Positions 63,754 through 64,000 of a stretch of 64,000 bases of DNA are shown here, one piece after another. Each line of letters opens with the position of its first letter. Position 1 is the first letter of the stretch. Position numbers and translations under genes: made by a program. This stretch comes from an uncultured bacterium (GTDB lineage: Bacteria > Actinomycetota > Acidimicrobiia > Spongiisociales > UBA5794). The stretch spans positions 160,001 to 224,000 of the forward strand of contig CAWDDT010000005.1 in assembly GCA_963801165.1 (NCBI GenBank). The letters are read 5' to 3'. The notes beneath the pieces were generated by a model. The model did not search any database and was not told the DNA's origin. It was given only the letters and a program-made list of their open reading frames with translations.

Positions 63754-63807
63754 ATTTCAACACCTGTTCAATTCCGTAACTCTACAACCGTTGAATTAGG
63801 TTGACAA
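63754..63807 (-). promoter_or_regulatory. promoter and two imperfect palindromic operators of the ABC-TetR operon
   Basis: TTGTCA-N17-TAGAGT; AATTCAACGGTTGTAGAGTT and AATTGAACAGGTGTTGAAAT. Confidence 0.65.
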
Positions 63808-63822
63808 GAGGAAAAGCGTTCG

Positions 63823-63860
63823 TGCGTAGACCGTGCCGGGATACCGGCACGGTCTACGCA
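63823..63860. terminator. perfect 17-bp stem-loop after the amino-acid ABC ATPase
   Basis: TGCGTAGACCGTGCCGG-GATA-CCGGCACGGTCTACGCA. Confidence 0.65.
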
Positions 63861-63880
63861 GGGAGGGACGGGCGGCCGGA

Positions 63881-64000
63881 TCAGTCGACGTCGATGGCGT
63901 GCAGGAAGCGGCGGGTCCTCTCGTGTGCCGGGTTGCCGAGAACCTCCAACGGTGGGCCCTCTTCGACGATGACACCGCCGTCCATGAAAATCACCCGGTC
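63881..64000 (-). CDS. polar amino-acid ABC ATP-binding protein, C-terminal end (partial)
   Basis: DRVIFMDGGVIVEEGPPLEVLGNPAHERTRRFL. Confidence 0.88.
   Translation of the reverse strand, partial: DRVIFMDGGVIVEEGPPLEVLGNPAHERTRRFLHAIDVD

Overview
High-GC bacterial chromosome segment. Gene content (dnaK-grpE-dnaJ-hspR, a TIGR03668-type F420 oxidoreductase, a GT87 glycosyltransferase, Cys-containing SLH-like repeats, apparently leaderless promoters) points to Actinomycetota, probably Acidimicrobiia (inference). Core genes: end of a pyruvate:ferredoxin oxidoreductase plus a DHOD-like gene, gcvP behind a tandem glycine riboswitch, the heat-shock cluster and clpB, mscL, lgt, purA-purD-purB, two ABC exporter operons, and a YgfM/XdhD-like molybdo-hydroxylase operon with XdhC and the selenium marker YqeB. 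I saw no rRNA, tRNA, CRISPR array, integrase or transposase. The most unusual items are: (1) a protein joining an E3-binding (PSBD) motif to an apparently inactive PD-(D/E)XK-like domain; (2) two hairpin-rich non-coding segments flanking that gene, with G-U pairs favouring the + strand; (3) a deoxyribosyltransferase-like/deoxynucleoside kinase fusion divergent from an unknown P-loop protein; (4) a PadR / HAAS-like-NfeD fusion / SPFH operon with an internal in-frame start and a four-site operator array; (5) deletion scars and a dehydratase ORF with GTA at the start position. All family assignments come from recognising motifs by eye; no searches or folding programs were run.
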